From Candidatus Woesearchaeota archaeon (GTDB lineage Archaea; Nanobdellota; Nanobdellia; Woesearchaeales; GW2011-AR4), in the NCBI GenBank assembly GCA_016784105.1, contig JADHVG010000002.1, positions 1 to 43,656 on the forward strand: a stretch of DNA of 43,656 nt, read 5' to 3'. The translations under genes were made by a program, and so were the position numbers. Under the pieces are notes generated by a model. That model made no database searches, was not told the DNA's origin, and saw only the letters and a program-made list of their open reading frames with translations. Shown here in pieces: positions 33,202-41,469 of the stretch; positions within the stretch are counted from its first letter, which is position 1, and each line of letters opens with the position of its first letter.

Positions 33202-33213
33202 TGATTTAAATCA
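33202..33213. promoter_or_regulatory. Perfect 12-nt palindrome TGATTTAAATCA (operator candidate) abutting a TATA candidate
   Basis: Read directly. Additional AATCA / TGATT half-sites lie at 33153, 33163 and 33177. It is located between divergent regulator genes. Confidence 0.45.
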
Positions 33214-33216
33214 TAA

Positions 33217-33227
33217 TTTTATAAATA
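33217..33227 (+). promoter_or_regulatory. TATA-box candidate TTTTATAAATA for the CARF-like regulator gene
   Basis: It is centred about 45 nt upstream of the ATG at 33267. The predicted leader of about 19 nt carries the SD GAGGTG (33255-33260). Confidence 0.45.
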
Positions 33228-33266
33228 AAATAAAAAATTTAATTTTTAAAACTTGAGGTGGTTCCC

Positions 33267-33905
33267 ATGAACAAAAAAATTGTCATTGCTCCCGTAGGAG
33301 ATAATATGGATGCATTATTTATTGGTATCAAAGAGTTTCCAACAGAACGTGTTATTTTGCTTTGTCCGGAAGAAAATTTTGATGCTGCAAACAAAGCTAA
33401 AAAAGATCTTGAAAAGTTCCAGATTCCAGTCCAAATAAGTGAGATGAAAGGAAATGTTTGGGAGAGCATGTTTCAAAAAATTTCTGAATTAAAAGAGATA
33501 GAAAACGAAAAAGACATTATTATCAACACTGCTACCGGTGACAGAATGACCACTTGTGCAGCAACTTCAGCAGCTTTCGTTAATGGACTTAAGGCAATGT
33601 CTGTTATGGGTAATGATGCCATGATGCTTCCTGTTTTGAAATTTTCTTATTATAGCCTACTAACTGATAAAAAAATGGATATAATGAACTTATTGAATGA
33701 ACCTGGATGCTGTTCTTCTTTAGAAGAATTAAGCAAGAAAACCAAGATGTCTCTACCATTAATCTCTTACCACATCAACGGTAACCTTAAATCTGAAGGT
33801 CTTAAGGAGATGGGTCTAGTGGAAACAACCGAACAAAAAGGGAGAATAAACTTGAAATTAAGCATGCTCGGGAGATTGTTATTGAAAGGATATGTAAATT
33901 CTTAA
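33267..33905 (+). CDS. Csa3/CARF-like Rossmann domain fused to a wHTH (putative ligand-sensing regulator)
   Basis: The N-terminal strands are IVIAPVG, RVILLCPE and IIINTATGDRMTTCAATSAAF (TGG-type CARF-like loop). The C-terminal wHTH is MDIMNLLNE...SLEELSKKTKMSLPLISYHI...GLVE. The assignment rests on pattern only. Confidence 0.45.
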   Translation: MNKKIVIAPVGDNMDALFIGIKEFPTERVILLCPEENFDAANKAKKDLEKFQIPVQISEMKGNVWESMFQKISELKEIENEKDIIINTATGDRMTTCAATSAAFVNGLKAMSVMGNDAMMLPVLKFSYYSLLTDKKMDIMNLLNEPGCCSSLEELSKKTKMSLPLISYHINGNLKSEGLKEMGLVETTEQKGRINLKLSMLGRLLLKGYVNS

Positions 33906-33965
33906 GGAAAACTTCTGATTACGAGTTTAGAAAGGTTTTTATACTACTTGATAGTTAATACTATC

Positions 33966-34292
33966 ATGGAACACAATAATCCTCAACTTGTTGAAGAGTT
34001 TAGAGAGCATTACCATTCAACCGTGAAGCCACTCCTAGATGGAGGACACTTTGCTGCAGCGCGTAGTGAACTTTCAGATACAGTAAACTGTATGATGTTG
34101 TTAGGAGATGCCAGAGAAATAGGGATAAAATCTCATTGCGGAATCAGATTTGTAGCGTACCTCAACATGCTCTACGATCAAACTGAAGGAGGAAAAGCTC
34201 CTGATCCAGATACTGTTCGAGGGTTAGAGGTGTATCTTGCTCAAACACAATTGCCATTGGTTAGAAATAGAGATTCTTCTGTAAGAGGTTAA
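33966..34292 (+). CDS. Hypothetical protein, visibly more GC-rich than its neighbours
   Basis: The ATG at 33966 lies about 25 nt downstream of gtttttatac. No family recognised. Confidence 0.45.
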   Translation: MEHNNPQLVEEFREHYHSTVKPLLDGGHFAAARSELSDTVNCMMLLGDAREIGIKSHCGIRFVAYLNMLYDQTEGGKAPDPDTVRGLEVYLAQTQLPLVRNRDSSVRG

Positions 34293-34375
34293 CTTCTTTC
34301 TAGAAAAAATATATATTAAAAAAATAAAGTTCTGAAAGGTTAAGTTTTTATACAACTATCTTTTTGAATTAAAAT

Positions 34376-35104
34376 ATGGAAATTTCTGTTATAGCCTCAG
34401 GGAGCAATGGTAATTGTTGCTTGGTTGAACATCAAGGTGTTTCTGTTTTGATTGATGCTGGTAAGAGCGGCAGTGAAATTGAAACCAGAATGAAAAAATT
34501 AAATAAGAATTTAGACGATGTTGATGGAATTGTCATTACCCATGCGCACAGCGATCATATTTCAGGTGCAGGAGTTCTATCCAGAAGGTTTGGAATTCCG
34601 GTTTATACAACTAAAGAAGTACACTCCCATGCAAAGCTAGGAAAATTTGAAAGTAAGATATTCTCGGGAGATTTTAAAATAAATAACTTAAAAGTTAAAC
34701 CAGTTGCAACATCCCATAATGTGAATTCCTGTGGTTTTGTTATCGGAAAGTTTGGATACTTTACCGATACTGGTGTTGTTACCAATCACATGAAAAAAGC
34801 TATTCCAAATTTGAATTCTATCCTGCTTGAAAGCAATTACGATGCTGAGTTGGTTCATAATGGACGCTATCCTGCTTTTCTCAAGAAATGGATATTATCT
34901 GATGAAGGACACCTAAGCAATGATGATGCAAGTTCCATAATCCAGGAAAAGGGGAAGAATCTTACCTTGGTTTTGCTTGGGCATCTATCTGGGAACCATA
35001 ACACCCCAGGCATTGCTTCTGAAACCTTCAATACTCTTGTCAAGAAGAAGATTGATTTTAGTGTATGTTCCAGAGACAAAGAATCCGGAACCTGGAAAAT
35101 ATAA
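34376..35104 (+). CDS. Metallo-beta-lactamase-fold hydrolase (YycJ/PhnP-like)
   Basis: Motifs LIDAG, ITHAHSDHISG (HxHxDH), and later TSHN and GHLS. A TATA-like tttttatacaa (34345-34355) lies about 26 nt upstream of the ATG. Confidence 0.8.
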   Translation: MEISVIASGSNGNCCLVEHQGVSVLIDAGKSGSEIETRMKKLNKNLDDVDGIVITHAHSDHISGAGVLSRRFGIPVYTTKEVHSHAKLGKFESKIFSGDFKINNLKVKPVATSHNVNSCGFVIGKFGYFTDTGVVTNHMKKAIPNLNSILLESNYDAELVHNGRYPAFLKKWILSDEGHLSNDDASSIIQEKGKNLTLVLLGHLSGNHNTPGIASETFNTLVKKKIDFSVCSRDKESGTWKI

Positions 35105-35138
35105 TACCTCATAAATAATGATTAATTAGAATTCGTAA

Positions 35139-35513
35139 TTATTCTTTTTTCTCAACTTTTTTTGGTTTTTCTTTCCTTACGTGAGATTCTAGCATATCTA
35201 ATATTTTATCAAGTTTTTTGTTAATTTGATCCAAGTTTTCATTATTATTTGATTTTCCAAATTCTGATCTTGAATCAGAGTCTTTACTGTTGCGTTTGAA
35301 ACAATTATCGCAATAGATAGGTTTTCCTTGAGTTGGTTTAAAGGGAACTTCACAATCTTTACCACATTCATCACATACTGTTGAATGAAACTCCTGTCTT
35401 TCAGAAGGTCTACCCCTTCCAGAGTCTCTTCTTTCAAATTTTCCAGAAGGCTTGCTACCAAATCTACCTCTACTAGAACCTTTTCTGTCAAAATTACGTT
35501 TAAAATCTCCCAT
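35139..35513 (-). CDS. Arg/Gly-rich protein with CxxC-x17-CxxC zinc ribbon
   Basis: The N-terminus carries RG/RGR repeats. The ribbon is CDECGKDCEVPFKPTQGKPIYCDNC. TTTTATAAA on the minus strand (35539-35548) lies about 30 nt upstream. I prefer it to the overlapping same-strand frame 35198-35491. Confidence 0.6.
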   Translation of the reverse strand: MGDFKRNFDRKGSSRGRFGSKPSGKFERRDSGRGRPSERQEFHSTVCDECGKDCEVPFKPTQGKPIYCDNCFKRNSKDSDSRSEFGKSNNNENLDQINKKLDKILDMLESHVRKEKPKKVEKKE

Positions 35514-35602
35514 ATTAGGAATCTAGATATCAGTTTAGTTTATAAAAGTATAGCATGATTATCTTAAGATTGTAATTTTAAATGTACAAATCTTTCTTAG
35601 AA

Positions 35603-36475
35603 TTATTTAACCTGAACATCATTCAATTCTTCTATATACTGTACGATTGCACAATCATCTAATTCTTCCTTACCATCTGCAATCAGTTTCTCGAACATCT
35701 CTTGTACTTTTTCGGTGAATGGCAATTTTAATCCTAGCGCAGATGCTGTTTCTAAAACATTTTTCAGATCTTTGTGATGTAATTTTACGGTGAAGCCGGG
35801 TTTAAAGCTTCTGTCCATGACTAGTGGAAACTTTAGGTCCATTACGTTACTGCCGGCAAGACCAGTCTTGATGGCTTCATAAAGTAATTTTGGATCTGCT
35901 CCGGCCTTAACACCTAAAACTAACGCTTCTGCCATTCCTTCAATGTTTATTGCAACAATTATTTGATTGGCAAGCTTTACTGTTTCTCCTGCCCCAACAT
36001 CCCCCACTCGAGTTATGTTTTTGCCCATCGCTTCAAAAATATCTTTGCACGAATCAAAAACCTCTTGCTTTCCACCAACCATGATAGCTAAAGTTCCTGC
36101 TATCGCACCTTTATCTCCTCCACTAACAGGAGCATCTAACATCTCACAACCTTTTTTAGATAATTCAGCTGCAATCTTCTTAGTGACTAATGGTGCAATA
36201 GAACTCATGTCAATAACTATACTTCCAGATCTAACCCCTTCAATAATTCCACCCTTTCCAAGAATAACTTCTTCTACATCTTTTGAATCAGAAACTATTG
36301 TGATGATAACATCACACTTTTCAGCAACTTCTTTTGGAGAATTAGCAACACTATCAAAACCTTCTGCTTTACTTTTAGTTCTATTGTAAACAGTAACAGA
36401 AAAACCTGCTTTAATTAAATTTAAAGCCATTGGTCTGCCCATGATTCCTAATCCAATAAAACCAATCTTTTTCAT
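35603..36475 (-). CDS. 3-hydroxyisobutyrate / tartronate-semialdehyde reductase family NAD(P) dehydrogenase
   Basis: Motifs KIGFIGLGIMGRPMALNL, DAPVSGG and the catalytic-Lys region GETVKLANQ. Confidence 0.85.
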   Translation of the reverse strand: MKKIGFIGLGIMGRPMALNLIKAGFSVTVYNRTKSKAEGFDSVANSPKEVAEKCDVIITIVSDSKDVEEVILGKGGIIEGVRSGSIVIDMSSIAPLVTKKIAAELSKKGCEMLDAPVSGGDKGAIAGTLAIMVGGKQEVFDSCKDIFEAMGKNITRVGDVGAGETVKLANQIIVAINIEGMAEALVLGVKAGADPKLLYEAIKTGLAGSNVMDLKFPLVMDRSFKPGFTVKLHHKDLKNVLETASALGLKLPFTEKVQEMFEKLIADGKEELDDCAIVQYIEELNDVQVK

Positions 36476-36483
36476 TCTAAAAA

Positions 36484-36777
36484 TTAATGTGTTGTTCCGT
36501 TAAATGTTGAGAGTACTGCTTCAAGTTCATCATGATTAACAGGTCTCAAATCTCCTTTAGCCAGAAAGCTTAAGTCTGGAATCCCCGGAACAGGTTTTGC
36601 TCCAACATTTCTTCTAGCTTCTCCAGAAAATTTTATTTGTTGTCTAAGTTCAGAGCCAACTGATTCCGGTGAAGCTCCAAAATAAGTCCCTACAGCTTTA
36701 GAAAGTTCACCATTCATACATGCATATCCATACTGTCCACTCTTTTTGTTATAAAATACTGGTATATTTCCTTCCAT
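36484..36777 (-). CDS. Hypothetical 97-aa protein between the E2 and dehydrogenase genes
   Basis: The strong SD GGAGGGTGA precedes the ATG at 36777 (MEGNIPVF). It ends 8 nt before the next gene. No family recognised. Confidence 0.5.
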   Translation of the reverse strand: MEGNIPVFYNKKSGQYGYACMNGELSKAVGTYFGASPESVGSELRQQIKFSGEARRNVGAKPVPGIPDLSFLAKGDLRPVNHDELEAVLSTFNGTTH

Positions 36778-36910
36778 TGTTTTCACCCTCCAACAAATTA
36801 TTTTCAAAAAATTTCTTTTAATTTAATTATTTTTTCTTTTAAATAAACTACCTTTAAGTAGTATATGGCATGATATTTATAAACTATCCGTTTTTTTACA
36901 AGAAAAAAAT

Positions 36911-38113
36911 CTATTTAGGAATCTTGTCAGGATTTTCTAGCATTTGCCGAATTTCTTCCATGAATCTAGCGGCTTCTGCCCCATCCATGACTCTATGATC
37001 ATATGTGAAGGATATCGGCATTATTTTACGAACAGCAACTTGTCCTTCATACACTCTTGGTCTTTCCTCAATCCTGCCTGTTCCAAAGATACAGCTTTCC
37101 GGTCCATTTGGAATTGGTGTAAAGTAAGTGCTTCCTATAACTCCTATGTTGGTTATCGTGAAAACTCCCCCTTTCATGTCATCTAGACTTAGTTTCTTTG
37201 ATTTTGCTTTTTCAACAAACTCGGTGATGGATTTTGCAAGCTCAAACAAGCTTTTCTTGTCAGCATCCTTAATAACTGGAACAACTAATCCGTCTGGTGT
37301 GTCTATAGCAACTCCAATGTTGTAATATTTCTTTAGAACAATATCGTTTCCATCCAGGCTTGATGCAACATAAGGATGTTTTTTTAATGATTCCACTGTT
37401 GCTTTGATAATATAAGCTAGATATGTTAAGTGTACGCCTTGCTTCTTAGCTTCTTCCTTCTCTTTATTCCTTAAGTCTGATAATGGACTTACATCCACGT
37501 GTTCGTGATGGGTTACTAAAGCATATGTTTGCGCAACATGACTCATTTTCTCAGCAGTAATCTTACGAATTCCTTTCATAGGAATTCTTTCTGTTTCACC
37601 GTGAGCTTCATGATCGACTTGATGTTTAGCAGAATTATTCACATCATCTTCAGTGATAAGACCGTTAGGTCCTGTTCCTTTTACGTTAGCTAAATCCATT
37701 CCTTTTTCTTTTGCCAACTTACGAGCTGATGGCATGGCAGCAACACTTACTGTTGAAGAACTTGTACTTGTTTTCTTCTTTTCTTTATCCAGATCTTCTG
37801 CTTCATCCGGAACAAATCCAACAATGGAACCGGTATAATGTTCTTTCTCTGCTTTTATTTCTGGAATTGATTCTCCTTTCTCCCCAATTACTGCAAGAAT
37901 TTCTCCTACAGTAATGGTTTCTCCTTCCTTGTGATATAATTTTAGCAACGTCCCTTTTTTTGGACTTGGAATTTCAACAACCGCTTTGTCAGTCTCTACT
38001 TCCGCAATATTCTCATCTGCCTCAACTTGTTCCCCTTCTTTTTTTATCCACTTTACTAAAGTACCTTCATGAATGCCTTCGCCAACATCCGGAAATTTAA
38101 ATTCATAAACCAT
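36911..38113 (-). CDS. 2-oxoacid dehydrogenase E2 (dihydrolipoamide acyltransferase)
   Basis: The lipoyl domain is EVETDKAVVEIPSP. The E1/E3-binding domain is AMPSARKLAKEKGMDL..VKGTGPNG. The catalytic motif is DHRVMDGAEAARF. Confidence 0.9.
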   Translation of the reverse strand: MVYEFKFPDVGEGIHEGTLVKWIKKEGEQVEADENIAEVETDKAVVEIPSPKKGTLLKLYHKEGETITVGEILAVIGEKGESIPEIKAEKEHYTGSIVGFVPDEAEDLDKEKKKTSTSSSTVSVAAMPSARKLAKEKGMDLANVKGTGPNGLITEDDVNNSAKHQVDHEAHGETERIPMKGIRKITAEKMSHVAQTYALVTHHEHVDVSPLSDLRNKEKEEAKKQGVHLTYLAYIIKATVESLKKHPYVASSLDGNDIVLKKYYNIGVAIDTPDGLVVPVIKDADKKSLFELAKSITEFVEKAKSKKLSLDDMKGGVFTITNIGVIGSTYFTPIPNGPESCIFGTGRIEERPRVYEGQVAVRKIMPISFTYDHRVMDGAEAARFMEEIRQMLENPDKIPK

Positions 38114-38168
38114 TTAATGTCTCACCTTTCATGTTTTATTGAAAAATCTGAATAATAATTAAATTATG

Positions 38169-39134
38169 CTATTGTGCCATTACTTTATTCAAAGATTTTA
38201 TTATTCTTTTTTCGTTTGGAAGATAATAGTTTTCTAATTTTGCGAATGGGACTGCAGTATCGAACCCAGTAACACGTTCAGGAGGTGACTTCAAATTAAA
38301 GAAACATTTCTCATTGATCCTTGCTATAATCTCAGCAGCTAAACCACAACTCTTTGGTGCTTCATGAACTATAACACATCTTCCAGTTTTCTTAACTGAA
38401 TTAATGATTGTTTCGGTATCTATAGGGATAACTGTCCTTAAGTCTATTATCTCAGCAGAATAACCTGTTTGAGAAACTGCTTTTATTGCATCTCTGAGTG
38501 CAGCTCCATAACTAACAACAGTTAGATCTGAACCTTCTTGTACTACGTTAGCTTCTCCTAGAGGTATTGTGTATTCTTCATCCGGAACCTCTTCTTTTAG
38601 TGCTCTGTACAACCTCATTGGCTCGTAAAAAATGACTGGGTCTGGGTCTCTTATTGCTGAGATCAACAAACCTTTTGCGTCGTAAGGAGATGAAGGAATC
38701 ACCATCTTTAACCCTGTTGTTTGTGTAAATATTGCTTCACCCGATTCACAATGTAAATCTAAAGCACGAATTCCTGCTCCGTACGGAGTTCTTATTACCA
38801 TGGGAACATTAAACCTTCCTCTTGAACGAGTTCTTGTCCTAGCTATATGCGCATATATATGTTCCATCGGACCATACATGAATCCTGAGAATTGTATTTC
38901 TGGAATTACTTTTATTCCGTTTACTGCCATGCCAAATGCTGTTGAGATAATTCCAGCCTCAGACAAAGGAGTATCTAAAACACGGTCTGGATAGTCTGCA
39001 TGTAACCCATCCGTTGCCCTAAAAACTCCGCCGTTAACACCAATATCTTCTCCCATCAGAACAACAGATTTATCTTTAGCAAGTTCATTCCTTAATGCTG
39101 CATTCACTGCTTGCACAATCGTAAGTTTTGCCAT
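38169..39134 (-). CDS. 2-oxoacid dehydrogenase E1 component, beta subunit
   Basis: Motifs VVLMGEDIG..GGVFRAT, DTPLSEAGI and a transketolase-like C-terminal domain. The start lies 1 nt after the E1 alpha stop. Confidence 0.9.
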   Translation of the reverse strand: MAKLTIVQAVNAALRNELAKDKSVVLMGEDIGVNGGVFRATDGLHADYPDRVLDTPLSEAGIISTAFGMAVNGIKVIPEIQFSGFMYGPMEHIYAHIARTRTRSRGRFNVPMVIRTPYGAGIRALDLHCESGEAIFTQTTGLKMVIPSSPYDAKGLLISAIRDPDPVIFYEPMRLYRALKEEVPDEEYTIPLGEANVVQEGSDLTVVSYGAALRDAIKAVSQTGYSAEIIDLRTVIPIDTETIINSVKKTGRCVIVHEAPKSCGLAAEIIARINEKCFFNLKSPPERVTGFDTAVPFAKLENYYLPNEKRIIKSLNKVMAQ

Positions 39135-39135
39135 C

Positions 39136-40197
39136 TTAATCCTTTAAGTCCTCTAACTGTTCTTTTAGGTTTGGAGTCATCTCCGCATAAGTATACTTGA
39201 AAATGTCTTCTGGATCCGGTTCCGATACTTTTTCATATTCTTCAACAGCCTTCTCAACTTTCTCTTTTGCTTTAGAAATTATTTCTTCGTTCTTTGCATC
39301 ATCTAAGATTCCTTTGTTCATCATGTACTTCCTCAATCTATCAATTGGATCTTTAGCTGCCCATTCTTTTACTTCTTCTTCCGACCTATACTTCTTTGCA
39401 TCATCACTTGTTGAATGGTCTGGTCTTCTATAAGTATAATTTTCAATCAGAGTAGGCCCTTCCCCTGCTCTAGCTCTATCAACTGCTTCCTTAGTAGCTT
39501 TGTAAACCGCAAAAATGTCATTTCCATCCACTTGAATCCCTGGAATTCCATAAGCTAACGCTTTTTGTGCAATAGTTTCAGAATGAGTTTGGTCTTTTCT
39601 ATGAACTGATATTGCAAATTGATTGTTTTCACAAATGATGATTGCTGGAGATTTAAAGACTCCTGCAAAATTAAGAGCATCATGAAAATCTCCTTTAGAA
39701 GTTCCACCATCCCCAGTATATCCTAGTGCAACCGCACCATCTCCTTTTATCTTAGAAGCCATAGCCAACCCAGTAACATGCGGACTTTGCGTCCCAACCG
39801 GAATGGCCATCGGTAACATATTGATGTTATCTGGAACTTTCATTCCTCGCTCATCACCACTAAAATATTGATATAACATAATTAAAGGAAATCCCCTAGT
39901 GATCATTGCAGCTCCAGACCTATACATAGGCACCATCCAATCTTTTTCTTCCAGTGCGTATGCACTTCCGACCTGAGAAGCTTCCTGGCCTTTGAATTGG
40001 ATGAAAGTTCCTATCCTGCCTTGACGCTGCATGTTGAAGCCTTTATCATCAAAAGTTCTGCACAAGACCATAGTCTCATACATTTCAGTTATTTGTTCAT
40101 CAGAAAGCTTGGGCATTAAGGATTCATCTACCTTCCCTTCAGTATCCATTACTTGCAAGTATTCAATTTCAAATGTTTTTATTACTTTTTTAACCAT
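39136..40197 (-). CDS. 2-oxoacid dehydrogenase E1 component, alpha subunit (ThDP-binding)
   Basis: Motifs YRSGA, the ThDP motif GDGGTSKGDFHDALNFA...IIICENNQFAIS and YRRPDHSTSDD. The SD AAGGTG lies 6 nt upstream. Confidence 0.9.
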   Translation of the reverse strand: MVKKVIKTFEIEYLQVMDTEGKVDESLMPKLSDEQITEMYETMVLCRTFDDKGFNMQRQGRIGTFIQFKGQEASQVGSAYALEEKDWMVPMYRSGAAMITRGFPLIMLYQYFSGDERGMKVPDNINMLPMAIPVGTQSPHVTGLAMASKIKGDGAVALGYTGDGGTSKGDFHDALNFAGVFKSPAIIICENNQFAISVHRKDQTHSETIAQKALAYGIPGIQVDGNDIFAVYKATKEAVDRARAGEGPTLIENYTYRRPDHSTSDDAKKYRSEEEVKEWAAKDPIDRLRKYMMNKGILDDAKNEEIISKAKEKVEKAVEEYEKVSEPDPEDIFKYTYAEMTPNLKEQLEDLKD

Positions 40198-40237
40198 CTA
40201 AACACCTTTTTATAACCTTAAAGTTGCATAATCCCAT

Positions 40238-40247
40238 ATTTATAAAT
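40238..40247 (-). promoter_or_regulatory. TATA-box candidate (atttataaat, palindromic core) for the E1/E2 operon
   Basis: It is centred about 45 nt upstream of the start at 40197, consistent with a short SD-containing leader. Confidence 0.4.
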
Positions 40248-40408
40248 GTTTCTCAAACTCATTTTCCATAATCTTTTTATATAATCCCCAGTTTGCTTTC
40301 TTTATGGCTGATAATAAAATACCTCTGAAATTCAGGTTGTATACAGCTAAATATAAGACTAAGATGTTCTTTAAATCTGTAAAAAGCAAGTTAATTGGAG
40401 GCAAAAAA

Positions 40409-41179
40409 ATGGAAGGTTTCAATCTTAAAGGTAAAAAGGCAATAGTATTCGGAATAGCAAACGATCAAAGTATAGCATGGCACATAGCTAAAGGGTTGAA
40501 TGACGCAGGATGTCAGATAGCGGTGGCATATCAAGAACGTGTTGAACAGCTAGTTAAACCACTTTTGGGGATGCTTAACAACCCGTTAGCTGAAAAGTGT
40601 GATGTAGTAGACGATGTTCTCCTAACAGAATTCTTTGGTAAGGTAGAAAAAGAATTTGGTAAGGTTGATTTTTTAATTCATAGCATTGCTTTTGCCAAAA
40701 AAGAACATCTACAAGGAAAGTATTACGATACTGACCGCAGAGGTTATCAGGTTGCGCAAGAAGTTAGTTCTTATTCACTAGCAGAACTTACAAGAAGGGT
40801 CATGCCTATCATGAACGATAATGGAAGCATTCTGGCTATGACTTATTACGGTTCTGAAAAAGTTGCTCCTAATTACAATGTGATGGGCGTTGCAAAAGCA
40901 GCTTTGGAAGCTTCTGTTAGGTATCTGGCTAATGATACCGGAGAAAAAGGCATAAGAGTAAATGCTATCAGTGCTGGTCCAATAAAAACTTTAGCTGCAT
41001 CAGGAATTGGTGATTTCCAAAAGATGCTTGATTACGCTAAAGAAAAAGCTCCATTAAAGAGAAATGTCGATGCGGATGACGTTGCCAATCTCGCTGTTTT
41101 CCTCTGCTCAGATATGAGCAAGAACATTACCGGACAGGTAATTTATGTGGATGCCGGCTATTGCATAATGGCCGTTTAG
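40409..41179 (+). CDS. fabI: Enoyl-[acyl-carrier-protein] reductase (NADH), FabI type
   Basis: Motifs KKAIVFGIANDQSIAW, HSIAFA, the Y-x6-K region MTYYGSEKVAPNYNVMGVAKAALE, RVNAISAGPIKTLAASGI and ITGQVIYVDAGY. The SD GGAGG precedes the ATG at 40409. Confidence 0.85.
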   Translation: MEGFNLKGKKAIVFGIANDQSIAWHIAKGLNDAGCQIAVAYQERVEQLVKPLLGMLNNPLAEKCDVVDDVLLTEFFGKVEKEFGKVDFLIHSIAFAKKEHLQGKYYDTDRRGYQVAQEVSSYSLAELTRRVMPIMNDNGSILAMTYYGSEKVAPNYNVMGVAKAALEASVRYLANDTGEKGIRVNAISAGPIKTLAASGIGDFQKMLDYAKEKAPLKRNVDADDVANLAVFLCSDMSKNITGQVIYVDAGYCIMAV

Positions 41180-41469
41180 GTTTTTTTAGGATTATTTTTT
41201 CTTTCCATCAGCTTTAGTCCAGTGTATAGATCCGCTATTATCAGCTCAATGTTAAGAAGGTCATGGTCTTCAGGGTTTTCTTGAGATTTTTTAGTAACTT
41301 CATCCATACTCACAAATGGTTTTCACATTCTTCTGAGCTGGTGATATGCCGCTTCATACTTCCCACTAAGGTCGTCTTCATTTAGCCCAGAATAGATGTG
41401 CTTTCTTATTGATTCTTGGAACCTCTCCCTTTCAAATGGGTGTCCAAAAAGTTCTCTAAACAAAATACT
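41176..41469 (-). pseudogene. Disrupted ORF or gene remnant of unknown family
   Basis: The minus-strand frame reads ...LFRELFGHPFERERFQESIRKHIYSGLNEDDLSGKYEAAYHQLRRM-TGA-KPFVSMDEVTKKSQENPEDHDLLNIELIIADLYTGLKLMERK. The in-frame TGA is at 41323-41325. There is no ATG. This lies within an otherwise unassigned stretch of about 380 nt. Confidence 0.3.

Noticed and set aside
35198-35491. A 97-aa same-strand ORF in an alternative frame, overlapping the zinc-ribbon gene
   Set aside because: The competing frame (35139-35513) has a coherent CxxC-x17-CxxC ribbon, starts at an ATG placed about 30 nt from a TATA candidate and spans the whole interval. The alternative frame has no recognisable features.
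36873-36890. A TTTATAAA element just downstream of the E2 stop, considered as a promoter for the 97-aa ORF
   Set aside because: It lies about 100 nt from the ATG at 36777, too far for the geometry seen at other genes here. Its palindromic core gives no strand information. It could equally be part of an AT-rich terminator region, so I did not annotate it.
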